Shown in pieces: positions 52,701 to 63,793 of a stretch of 64,000 nucleotides of DNA. The first letter of the stretch is position 1. The number at the start of each line of letters is the position of its first letter. Both the position numbers and the translations under genes were made by a program. The DNA lies in assembly GCA_030390025.1 (NCBI GenBank), contig CM059425.1, positions 260,586,001 through 260,650,000 on the forward strand, read 5' to 3'. This DNA comes from Squalus acanthias (taxonomy: Eukaryota). The notes beneath the pieces are model-generated. The model had not been told where the DNA came from and searched no databases. It saw nothing but the letters and a program-made list of their open reading frames with translations.

Positions 52701-54460
52701 CATAAGAGCATAAGAAATAGGAGCAGGAGTAGGCCATTTGGCCCTTCGAGCCTGCTCTGCAATTCAATAAGATCATGGCTGATCTTCTACCTCATCTCCA
52801 CTTTCCTGCACTATCTCCATAACCTTTGACTCTCTTAAGATTCAAAAATCTATTGATCTCTCTCTTGAATATACTCAACTAAGCCTCCACAGCCCTCTGG
52901 GGTAGAGAATTCCAAAGATTCACCACACTCTGAGTGAAGAAATTTCTCCTCATCTCAGTCCTAAATGGCCGAGCCCTTATTCTGAGACTGTGACTGTGAC
53001 CCCGCGTTCTAGACTCCCCAGCCAGGGCAAACATCTTCCCTGCATCTATCCTATTGGGCAACACGGTGGCATAGTGGTTAGCACCGGTGCCTCACAGCGC
53101 CAGGGACCCAGATTCGAATCTGACCTCGGGTGACTGTCTGTGTGGAGTTTGCACATTCTCCCCGTGTCTGCGTGGGTTTCCTCCGGGTGCTCTGGTTTCC
53201 TCCCACAGTCCAAAAATGTGCGGGTTAGGTTGATTTGGCTATGATAAATTGACCCTTAGTGTTAGGGGGGGATTAAATATGTGGGGTTATGGGGATAGGA
53301 TGGGATATGTTAGGGGGAATTAAATACGTGGGGTTACGGAGGTAGGGTGGGATATGTGTACTGTGGGGATTAAAAGCAGGGACAGGGTACTGGATTTGGA
53401 TGATCAGCCATGATCGTATTGAATGGTGGAGCAGGCTCGACGGGCCGAATGGCCTACTCCTGCTCCTAGTTTCTATGTTTCTATGTTTCTATCCTGTCAA
53501 GCCCTGTAAGAATTTTGTATGTTTCAATGAGATTACCTCTCATTCTTCTAAACTCTAGAGAATATAGGCCTAGTCTACTCAATCTCTCCTCATAGGACAA
53601 TCCCCCCATCCCAGGAACCAGTCTGGTGAACCTTAGTTGCACTCCCTCTATGGCAAGTATATCCTTCCTTCGGTAAGGAGACCAAAACTGGACACAATAC
53701 TCCAGGTGTGGTCTCACCAGGACCCTATATAATTACAGTAAGACATCTTTACTCTTATACTCAAATCCTCTTGCAATAAATAACATTTGCTTTCTTAATT
53801 GCTTGCTGTACCTGCATGTTAACTTTCAGTGATTCGTGTACAAGGACACCCAGGTCCCAGTGAACACCAACATTTCTTTCTGTCGCAAAAACACAAAAGG
53901 AAAAGCGGCCCAAACATGGCTAACAAAAGAAATTAAGGATAGTATTAGATCCAAAGAGGAGTCATATAAAGTTGCCAGAAACAGTTTCAAGCCTGAGGAT
54001 TGGGAGCAGTTTAGAATTCAGCAAAAAAGGACTAAGAGATTGATTAAGAGGGGAAAAATAGAGTATGAGAGTAAACATGCAAGGAACATAAAAGCAGACT
54101 GTAAAAGCTTCTACAAGTATGAAAAAGAAAAAGATTAGTGAAAACAAATGTAGGTCCCTTACAGTCAGAAACGGGAGAATTTATAATGAGGAACAAGGAA
54201 ATGGCAGAGCAATTAAACAAATACTTTGGTTCTGTCTTCACGGAAGAGAACACAAATAACTTCCCAGAAATGCCAGGGAACCAAGGGTCTAGTGAGAAGG
54301 AGGAATTAAAGGAAATTAGTATTCGTAAAAAAATGGTGCTGGAGAAATTAATGGGACTGAAAGCCGATAAATCCCCAGGGCCTGATAATCCGCATCCCAG
54401 AGTACTAAAAGAAGTAGCCATGGAAATAATGGATGCATTGGTTGTCATCTTCCAAAATTA
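52700..54460. mobile_element. CR1 fragments (minus 52700-53870, plus 53870-54460)
   Basis: RPHLEYCVQFWSP, ADKSPGPD motifs; CR1 tail at 52700. Confidence 0.8.
53053..53488 (+). mobile_element. HE1-type V-SINE with a CR1-derived tail, inserted in CR1
   Basis: tRNA A/B-box-like head, V-domain TGTGTGGAGTTTGCACATTCTCCCCGTGTCTGCGTGGGTTTCCTCCGGG; CTATCCT repeated on both flanks. Confidence 0.85.
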
Positions 54461-54755
54461 AACAATCCAGTAGTTTCATGGTCACCATTACTGATACTAG
54501 CTTTTTATTCCAGATTTATATAATTAACTGAATTTAAATTCCCCAGCTGCCTATGAAGGGTTTTGAGAGAGTGAATAGGAAGGAAATGTTTTACTGTGTT
54601 AAAGTCGCTGTTTAAATGTAAGCTGCTGTTGTCTGCCTGCACTGCCGTCAGAGCAAACCTCACAGTGCACAGGGGACATATATGTTGTATAAACTGTGTT
54701 TAATGCTCTGTGCTAATGAATAATGTCCATTCTTTAAAACCCTTCTCTACCTCAG

Positions 54756-55124
54756 CTGATAAGAACAATACCCGGACAGTGACTGGGATGAAGGGAGATT
54801 CTGCCACACTGCCCTGCACCTTCAGTCCCCCTGGCCGGTATCCGAGCTCCATCACTGTCCTCTGGATGAAGGAGAATCCATGCCAAGAGTCCACTGTTTT
54901 TAATCACATTTGTTCCCTCGCCACTGGTTCTCACTATACTGACACAGTTAGTGTAAATCAAGGAGATCGATATGAGCTGATCGGAAACACAACCCAAGGA
55001 GACGCCTCCATAAGGATGAGGGACCTGGGGCTGAACGACACCAGCGACTACTTCTGTCACGTGCACATCGAGAATGGGCAAGGGGAAAACGTGACTCAGG
55101 ATGTGATGAGACTACAGGTTGTTG
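54756..55124 (+). CDS. Gene B exon: Ig V-set domain, Siglec-like, His at the Arg position (YFCHVH)
   Basis: Acceptor ttctctacctcAG, donor G|GTAAGG; 369 bp, phase 1-1; ATLPCTF...VLW...DASIRMRDLGLNDTSDYFC. Confidence 0.88.
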
Positions 55125-56016
55125 GTAAGGAAACATCTACGTCAATGATATGGTGAAGGTGATAAAATCACGTTGAACAAACACAAGAGCAAATTCGCTC
55201 CCAGTGAGGAGCTGAGACCTGAGAGACGCCTGTAACAGTTTTGGAGGGCATTTAGGCAGCCCAATTTCCAGGCCGCTGTGTTGTTCAGATCCACTCACTC
55301 AGGCTAATTCCATCCGCCTCCTCCGTTAACATCAAACTCATGTCCCTTTACAATCAGAAGCCAGTCCACTTGCTCTCTGAATATTTCAATCCAGTCTCCT
55401 GTTGGGTGTCACCTCTCCATGCTCACGTGTTTCTCTCTGCCACGTAATGGAGGTTGTCACCACGGACCGTTTAATAAAGACTAATTAGATTGAGTTAACT
55501 CATTGGGCTAAAAATTCAGTTGGTTGCGCCTCCCGTTAGCGCCTTAAGAGGGCGCTAATGGGGCGCAAAGCAGCTAGAGCCCGGGCGCAGCGATGTTTGC
55601 GCCGCTCGCGAACTTCACTAGACATTTTGCGGTGGCGCTAAACTTTATCGCCGCGGTCCCCTGCGCCCGCGGATTGTGACGTCATACGAGAGTGCAACGC
55701 CCTTGTGGCGCCCCGGAGCAGAAATTCAGTGGCGCCCCCATCCTTACCGCCTGGCGCATCCAACGACCGGTAGAGTGGAACGCTAACAATCGCTGTGGGG
55801 CTCGGGGGGGGCGCTATTTAAAGGGGGCCTCTTCCTGTCTTTCTCTGTGGTTGACATTTTTGCACCACTCGTTCTGAGAGAGAGAGAGAGATTCGGAGAG
55901 AGAGAGAGAGAGACTTGTACATTGAGTCAACGCTGTGTGAGGTAGTTTTGGCTACTGATCCTAACTTCGCTGGTACTTTGGTTTCTGGCCTTCATAACTT
56001 TGCTTGCTAAGAGACT

Positions 56017-57047
56017 ATGGGGGCTGCACTGATGGGGGGCGTCGTCCTGCGCCAGCTGAATCGGAGGAGACGGAGACACAGAGAGAGAGTGGCAATGATG
56101 GCCAGACGGAGGAGGGCCAACAGGCATCTGTACAGGAGAGCTTACCCTCCCAGGGTATATCGTGAACAGCTCTCCGACATTCATATGTCTGATGACCAGT
56201 GTCTGCGAAGGCTGCGCTTCAGCAAGGAGGTGGTCACTGAGCTCTGCCACCTGCTGCAGCCAGATCTGCAGCCTCAACTGAGGTCCAGGACGTCTCTGTC
56301 GGTGGCAGTGAAGGTCACAGTGGCTCTGAACTTTTATGCTACTGGCTCATTTCAATCTGCTGCTGGGGACATCGCCAATCTCTCCCAGTTGGCGGTGCAT
56401 TGCTGCATCCGGCAGGTCACAAATGCCCTCTTTAAAAGGAGACGAGAGTTCATCTCTTTCCCCATGACCCCAGACAAGCAGCAAGAACGCGCTCTGGGCT
56501 TTGCGAGGATAGCGGGCTTCCCCATGGTGCAGGGCGCCATTGACTGCACGCATGTGGCTTTGCGTGCTCCGCATGAGAATGCCAAGGATTTCCGGAACAG
56601 AAAGTGGTTCCATTCCTTGAATGTTCAGTTGGTCTGTGACCACAGACAGCTGATACTCGCTGTCAATGCCCACTATCCTGGCAGCTGCCACGATGCTTTC
56701 ATCCTGCGCCAGACTACTGTGGCAGAACTTTTCGAGGCACCGCATCAGCCAGTTGGTTGGCTTCTCGGGGACAAGGGGTATCCACTGAGCACCTGGCTGA
56801 TGACACCGCTCCGTACGCCCAACACCCCTGCTGAGCTGCGGTACAACGAGAGCCATCAAGCTACCAGGAACATCGTGGAGCACACAATCGGCGTGCTCAA
56901 GCAACAGTTCCGCTGTCTCGACCATTCTGGAGGAGCCCTGCAGTACTCGCCTGAGCGAGTTTCCAACCTCGTAGTTGTGTGCTGCATGCTGCATAACATG
57001 GCAATCCTCAGGACCCAGCCAATGCCACCAGGCCTTGGAGCACCACC

Positions 57048-57078
<31 letters not shown>

Positions 57079-57177
57079 GAGGAGGATGATCAGCAGCAGC
57101 ACCAAGGCGTGAGGGCGGCCCACAATGGTGAAACTGCAAGGGCCGTCCGTCAGCGGCTGATAGCAAGCCGCTTCTAG
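56017..57177 (+). CDS. Harbinger DDE transposase (HARBI1-like), 386 aa
   Basis: GAIDCTH, HDAFIL, LLGDKGY, NIVEHTIGVLK, CMLHN motifs; acidic C-terminus; single open ORF. Confidence 0.93.
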
Positions 57178-57488
57178 GCCCCTGCTGTGGAAATGGCTTC
57201 TGCCATTGAGAACAGCATGAATGAACCCAACACGCAACCCCTAAGCCGGCCAAGGCACCAATGATTCCAAACACCAAACATGTATATTTTGAGTACCAAA
57301 ACTTATTTATTTTACAAACTCTGTGTGTGTCATTTCTTCATGACAAACTCATACAAATAAACACAAAAAAACAGTCATTACCATAACTGGTTCTCACAAC
57401 CTGGAGATCATGTGCAAAACACTCAACAAAAGTTTGACCACGAACCTCGGCCTTTAATAAAAAAATGACCAGCATTTTGTCACACCTC

Positions 57489-59224
57489 CTACATCGAGGG
57501 TGAACTCCTTCCCGTGCGCCCTTCCCCCCTTCTTACCCTACTGCTCCTCCGCAATGGGACCTCAGTGGCTGCAGCAAGGCTGGTGGAAGGCTGCTGACTG
57601 TCGGGCCCTGACAATGCAGATGCCCTTGAGGGACGGCCTCGACCAGTTCTGGGCCTGGAGGGCCCGGCTGCAGACTGCACCAACTCTGCATGGGCGGCAG
57701 CAGTCTGTCCTACAGGCGGTGGCAACTGCAGTGGAGAAGTGACAGTGGTGGCAGCAGGAATGCTGTCATCTTGAGCGAGGACAGCAACTCCCTGCTCGAC
57801 CGGCACACTGGCGCTCCCACGGGGCAGCACCTCAGCATCCGGAGCAATCTGCTGGAGCACAGATTGCTGGCCTGCTGCGGCGCGGTGAGAGCCCCGGGGA
57901 AATGTGTCCGAACCAGCGAGGATGGCAGCAGACAGTGCTCGCGTGGCCTCAATCTGAGTCTGCATGAGAGCAGTCTGAGATTGAATTGCAGCACTGAGCT
58001 TCAGTGTCGCATCCGCCTGCGCTGCAGCGAAGTGCTCCACACTCCTTGCCAGTGTTTCAATGCATTCGGGCACCCTACCCACTGCAGCCATGAGCTCAGT
58101 GTGCATGGCCACCGCCTGGGTGTTCATTTCCGCGATCAGCCGCTCCTCCTCTGCGTCCAGTGCAGCAGGACCCGCTGGCCTACTCGCCCTCCGGGGAGAA
58201 GGCCCCAGTGCTTCCCTACCCCCATGGCGTTGCTGCAGCCCGCTGGGTCCTGGAGCTTCACCCTCATCAGACCCTTCCCCCCTGCTCCCCTCCAGGGAAG
58301 GCGTGTCCTCAGTGTCGGCATGGGCTTCCTCGGGAGAGGGTGGCTCTGATGCACCGGCTTCCTCTTCCTCCTCGGCTGCAGCCTCACTCCCACTGGCAGC
58401 TTCAGGGCCCGTCTCCTCAGCTGGTGAATCACCATCTGAAAGCAGGGAGGTACAAGAGTGGCTTTAGCGTGAGGACAGGGTGGCAGTAAGGGAGGAATAA
58501 GTGCAGCGAGTTAGTAAGTTGGATTGAAAGTGTCAAAGGCTGGTGTTGTGAGGGACAAGTGGAAGGACAAAGGACAAAAAGGTGATGACCTTACCATTGC
58601 TGTCCAGAAAGGGGTCGGCGTCTCCAGTGGCGACGGGACCGATCACCTGGCTTGCCACAATCCTGTGGACGCGCTCCTCAAGATCGCTGAGGGGTTGCAG
58701 CTGAGGCGGCCCTCCACCCGTCCATTGCTGCTGTCTCCTATTATGCGCCAGCTTGGCCTGCAAGAAAAAGGACGGCGTCTGAGTAAATATACAGCCATGG
58801 TCTTGCCTGATGTGCCTCCCATAGGTGAATAGCCCTTACTGTATGCAAAGTGTGGAATGTGTGTGTGTGCTTCATGAAAGGGCCATAGGTGTTGGATGAG
58901 TGCTGTTAATTGTGGTTTTAAGACCCTCTGGCCATAGAGTGAGGCTGAGATGGAGGGATGGAGAGGTATTGCAAAAAAGCCACTCACCCTGACGACCCAA
59001 GTGAGGTCGTTGAACTTTTTCCGGCATAGGACATGGGTCCTGGGCACCATGCTCCTGGAGGAGACGTGCTGAGCCACCTCCCTCCACAACCTTCTGTAGT
59101 CGCGCGGCAAAGGCCTCCTGCCACTCTCTGGGTACAGTGTTGATCCTCGGCGCTCCACCGCGCCAACCAGAGCATCCAAGGCCCGCCCGCTGAAGCGCTG
59201 AGCTCGTTCTCTCGCCCTCTCCAT
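57489..59224 (-). CDS. Harbinger Myb/SANT-like DNA-binding partner, 3 exons (59224-58988, 58757-58595, 58435-57489), ~448 aa
   Basis: RFS...LV..V...LY...LWREVA...CRKKFNDL trihelix motif, TGGG motif; GT-AG junctions (phases 0, 1) give a continuous open frame. Confidence 0.85.
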
Positions 59225-59601
59225 CCTTGGCTGGAAAATGGAAGCTCAGGTCTCTCCAGGTCGAGATTCAAGGCTGCAATGAGCAGGGTGTGGCTGGGGA
59301 GCAAGATCGCCCCCCCTTTAAGAACTGGCCGGCGCCAGTGTGTCTGTGTTCCCTCGCTAACTGGCAGCACCTGCGCTGCGCTCGCGCTCTGAGTTAGCGC
59401 CTCACTCCTCGGCCGTTGCGCCTTAAGACAGGTGTGCAGCGCCTGATTTAGCGCTCCAATCACCTCCCGGGGCGTTAAAAGTGAAGTTTCCAGTCAGTGG
59501 CGATAATTAGCGCCAGGCGCTAATCTTTGCGCCCGGACAATAATTGCGCCCCAAATGGGGCGATACTGAATTTTTCCCCCATTGTCTCTTTCCTCCCCAA
59601 G

Positions 59602-59976
59602 CCCCAGCCACCATCCTGGAGCTGTCGGTTGTGACCGATAATACAACTGGAGACACCATCGTGTGCAAGGTTGAAGGGGAGCCACTCGCAAACATCACAT
59701 GGATCGACCCTGAAAACAGCGCACTGCCCGTGGACAGCAATAGCACGACAGTCACACGAGTGCCGGACAAACATCAAACTGTGGGAGAGAATCTGAACCC
59801 AATGCTGAGAGGGGACTACAGCTGTGTGGCTGTAAATGAACACGGGAGTGACATCCGTCAGATCCACTTCCCCGCTGATGACAAGGACAAGTTGAACATC
59901 GACCTCTACATTCGAATCTCCATTTCAATTATCTTCTTTCTTTTAAGTGGGTTTACTATCTGGAGGTTGAAGAGAG
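59602..59976 (+). CDS. Gene B exon: C2-type Ig domain plus transmembrane helix containing Arg
   Basis: Acceptor ctctttcctccccaAG, donor G|GTAAGG; 375 bp, phase 1-1; IVCKVEGEPLANITW...GDYSCVAVNEHG then LYIRISISIIFFLLSGFTIWRLKR. Confidence 0.88.
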
Positions 59977-60066
59977 GTAAGGTTCACAATAGAATCTCTA
60001 CTGGTGTGGGACATCATGGTAATACTGGGGCCTCTTCACAGATAGTTACACGGGGAATATTTTCAG

Positions 60067-60092
60067 CTGTCGGTTCTGATGATGCGGAACAG
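60067..60092 (+). CDS. Gene B candidate cytoplasmic micro-exon (AVGSDDAEQ)
   Basis: tattttcAG acceptor and CAG|GTAAAG donor, phase 1-0, 90-bp intron after the TM exon. Confidence 0.5.
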
Positions 60093-60984
60093 GTAAAGTA
60101 ACTTCTGAAAGAAAAAATAAGGCATTTCTCATTCTTAGTGCTCAATTGAAATTCCAATCGAGACTTCTGTGTTTGAGAGCCCCTCGTAATACAGCATCAA
60201 ATGATCAAGGAGAGAGTGATGGGAATTCATCTCCTGCCATAACATTGGCGGAGGATCGGTGGAAAGTTTCATCATTGACGATTGAGACAATGGAGGGTTT
60301 TGTTGGTACAGGGAACTCGGCCAATTCAGCTTCTGAAAAGTATTTATGTTTTGCTCATTCAATGGAGAGCAAAAAAAGTGATTGACATCATTGGAAAGAG
60401 AGAGAGAGAGAAAGAATTGCAGATCACCCTAGCAGTAGCCAATATTCAAGACTGAAGTAAAGCCTTGGGATGTTTATAGTAGTGCCTTACTATAAACATT
60501 CCACTACATATTACTGCAACCTACACGAAAGGGTGTTGATGTACATATGTTGTAGAGAAATGTAAACTTGTGTGTGTAAGAATCGGCTGAAGGACAGTGC
60601 ATTGACTGGAGGCTACCATATAAGGCAATACCATTTCCAGTTTGATAAGGAAGAAACAGTGTCTAAAAAAAGATTCTTTTGTGTTAAGTTTGACAAGTAA
60701 TAAGTGTACAAGACTGAACGCATGCCTACGTTCAAATCTGCTAACAAAACTCCGCTTGTAAATTGTGTTATACTCTGAAGAAAGTATACTCCGCTTTTAG
60801 ATTTTTTTTTTATGTTAAAGTAGAAAAAATAAAGTGATTATAACCCTAACACTGAATTCATTACTACTCAAGTGAACAACAGAAGATTGTTCAAAACAAC
60901 AGTTTGAGTGTTTTTAAGTTGAGCATCTAGTTGGGGACTGGCCATCTGTAAGGTAGATAAACTCAATGCACAGCAGATTCAGGA

Positions 60985-61682
60985 AGCCTCTGGTATCCCA
61001 AGGACCCCTCCTATTTCTCATCTTCATGCTACCCCTCAGCGACATCATCCATAATCACAGCGTTATATTACTCACGTACGCTGACGGGCATCCAGCTTTG
61101 CCTCACCACCATATCTCAACCCCTCCACTGTCTCTAAATTGTCAGACTGTTTGTCCGACATCCAGTACTGTATGAGCAGAAATTTCCACCAACTAAATAT
61201 TGGGAAGACCGAAGCCAAGTCCCGTTCACCCATCACCCCTGTGCTTGCTGACCTACATTGGCTCCCAGTTAAGCAATGCCTCGATTTTAAAATTCTCATC
61301 CTTGTTTTAAATCCCTCAATGGCCTCGCCCCTCCCTATCTCTGTAATCTCCTCCAGCTCCATAACACTCTGAGATATATGCACTCTTCTAATTCTGGCCT
61401 CTTGAACATCCCTGAATATAATCGCTCAACCATTGATGGCCGTGCCTTCAGCTGCCAAGGCCTTATGCTTTGGAATTCCCTCCCTAAACCTCTCTGCCTC
61501 TCTACCTCTCTCTCCTCCTTTAAGACGCTCCTTCAAACCTACCTCTTTGACCAAGCTTTTGGTCACCTGCCCTAATATCTCCTAACGTGGCTCGGTATCA
61601 AATTTTGTTTGAGAACACTCCTGTGAAACACCTTGTGACGTTTTACTATTTAAGGTGCTATATGAATACAAGCTGTTGTTGG
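60985..61682 (+). mobile_element. L2-like LINE 3' fragment
   Basis: YAD, LNIGKTE, PITPVLADLHWLP, WNSLP motifs; GTTGTT tail. Confidence 0.8.
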
Positions 61683-63205
61683 TTTTGTGAAATGTGGAGG
61701 ATCTGGTGTGGAGGACTTTTGATACATGTTTTAAGGAAGACTAAAATAATGGACTTGTGGTGAAGCCTTTGCTTTCTTGGTCAAGAACTCCGCTGTCACA
61801 TTGACTGAAGTCAGGATGCATATTGTCCAGGAGGCTGAGTGAGAGATACGTCTGTGTTAGCCAGGATGAAACGGAGCCTTGGTAAGATTATACCTGAGGT
61901 AACTGACGGGAAGAAACAATGCGGACGGTTGCAGAGATAAGGAAGCAAGGTCTGCAAACTGTTAAGAGATCCTTTGATAATTAAGCAGCAGATTTTGGAG
62001 AGGAAACCACATAAAACGGTTCATTCTACACGGGGTTTTTCAAGAGAACCACGTAAGACATTGGAACAAGACGCCAAAGGAAAGGAAGATTTGTTTTCTG
62101 CCCGAGACAAGGAATCCGATCAATTCTTTGTCCTGAGTTGCACTCGCTAGAAAAGGAAAAGGTTGTATGAAAAGTTACTGCTTTCTTTCTGGTACAAACT
62201 GTGGGTCAAATTAAATTCTTTAAAGTTAGATAACAACTACAGCGTCTCGCTTGACATCTTTTGTATTCTGAAGAGAGGACAGTAATCTCACAGGTGAATA
62301 TATCGATGCATAATCGGAGAGACATGGCGGGACATCTTTAAAGGTTAGTGTCCTGCTGGGAGAGGCAGATCCTTTGAGTCAATGAGCCCAGATGCCGAAA
62401 GCTGACTTTCCACACACCCCGACAGAGGCCAGGACCGAGGTTACGGTACAAGGATTGCTCGCAGGGGCTAAGGTTGTAACCCAGGCTGTTTGGGGGTGTC
62501 AGAAAGGAGTGTAAAAGAAATGAAACAAACAGGACGAGAAGACTCTGAAAGAACTAAAAGGAAAGTGCAAAGAACGAGAAGCTGATACAGAAACAGTTAG
62601 AGGTGCAAGCAATGGAGAGTGAAATCCAGGAACTTAAAGATAAGATTGTTGAGCAACAAGCAGCAGCAGTAACTTGCTCAGAAGCTCTTAAAGTTTGTAG
62701 AAAGGGACCGTCTCAAAACTGAGGATGAGCTGCTCAGTGAGAAGCAGAAATGTGAGTGGTGGAAAGATGGTGGGAAGGAATGTGGAATGGGGGTTGCAGG
62801 GTTGGAATCAGCAGAGAGAGAGGTGGTTGTAATGGTTCAGGAACCGAGAATGGGACTGTGACTCTCGCCTGGTTCCCCAGCGCACCCTCCCCCTGTACTC
62901 TGTGTCGCTGCACCCCTCCCATACACCAATTTAAGGAAGTCCTACTTTGTCTCATTCGGTTTGTTGTATTGTTAAGTAAATGAGAACAATGAATTCAGCC
63001 TGGTGACTCAACCGTGGCTAACAAGGGAAATTAGGGACAGCATAAGATCCAAGGAGTGGGCATATAAATTGGCCAGAAAAAGCGGTAACCCTGAGGATTG
63101 GGAGCAGTTTAGGATTCAACAATGGAGGACAAAGGGATTAATTAAGAAGGGGAAAATAGAATATGAAAGTAAGCTTGCAGGGAACATAAAAACTGACTCT
63201 AAGAG

Positions 63206-63715
63206 TGTTGTAGGGGCTAATCGGAGCCTTAAGCGGACTAACCGTGAAGGAGAGTCGACGCGTTACCCGACTTAGCCCGACTGAGCAATAAAACTCAGAC
63301 ACCAATTTACACGGTTAAATGCGGGAGTACACTTTATTCAGAGCGCTCTGGGAGAGAATTGATGCACCCGCGTGCAGTCACCGACCTCTCAAATAAGTCA
63401 CTCTGGGGCACAGTATTTTATACATCCATCATTGATTACATCGTGCTCACATGAGCATGTGATAGTCATTAGAATCCAATCAATTTTATGTATACAATTG
63501 TTAAGCATAGTAAATCAATTAACGTCAGGATACAGTTGATGTGATCAGCCTCGTCTATGTGACAGTGTTATCTCGAGCCCTGTATGTTGCAACGTTGTCT
63601 GACAAGGCAGACTGCCAACCCATTGCAGAAAAGTCCTGTGTCAGCGAATTTAAAGTTCATTAACTGGATGAGTTTTTCTTCTCCGACATTTCTTTAATAA
63701 TTTTCTTCTCCAACA
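63206..63715 (-). mobile_element. ERV 3' LTR (510 bp), inserted in a CR1 fragment
   Basis: TGTTG...CAACA ends; polypurine tract AGAAGGGAG (63724-63716) abutting the LTR; minus-strand TATAAAA (~63422) then AATAAA (63338-63333). Confidence 0.8.
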
Positions 63716-63793
63716 CTCCCTTCTGTTGGTCCGGGGGCACGACCTTCTTGCCCCCAGGAAACCACTGCTCCGTGCCTCTTCACGGGGTCGACG

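Larger units (their letters stand above)
55505..59580 (+). mobile_element. Structurally complete PIF/Harbinger DNA transposon (4076 bp)
   Basis: 16-bp TIRs GGGCTAAAAATTCAGT / ACTGAATTTTTCCCCC (14/16 match), 3-bp TSD ATT (55502-55504, 59581-59583), two convergent genes. Confidence 0.95.

Noticed and set aside
56017-57177. Domesticated host HARBI1 gene
   Set aside because: Flanked by TIRs and a TSD and paired with a Myb-like gene, so it is a transposon copy.
56347-58832. Antisense/overlapping ORFs in the Harbinger element, and many short ORFs opposite CR1 RT elsewhere
   Set aside because: Shadow frames of GC-rich or conserved transposon coding sequence.
60534-60881. Possible solo LTR (TGTTG...CAACA with AATAAA at 60828)
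   Set aside because: No matching TSD on the flanks; could be gene B 3' UTR. Not supportable without a repeat search.
61690-62760. Coiled-coil gag-like remnant (KLIQKQLEVQAMESEIQELKDK)
   Set aside because: Multiple stops and no diagnostic motif; cannot be assigned.
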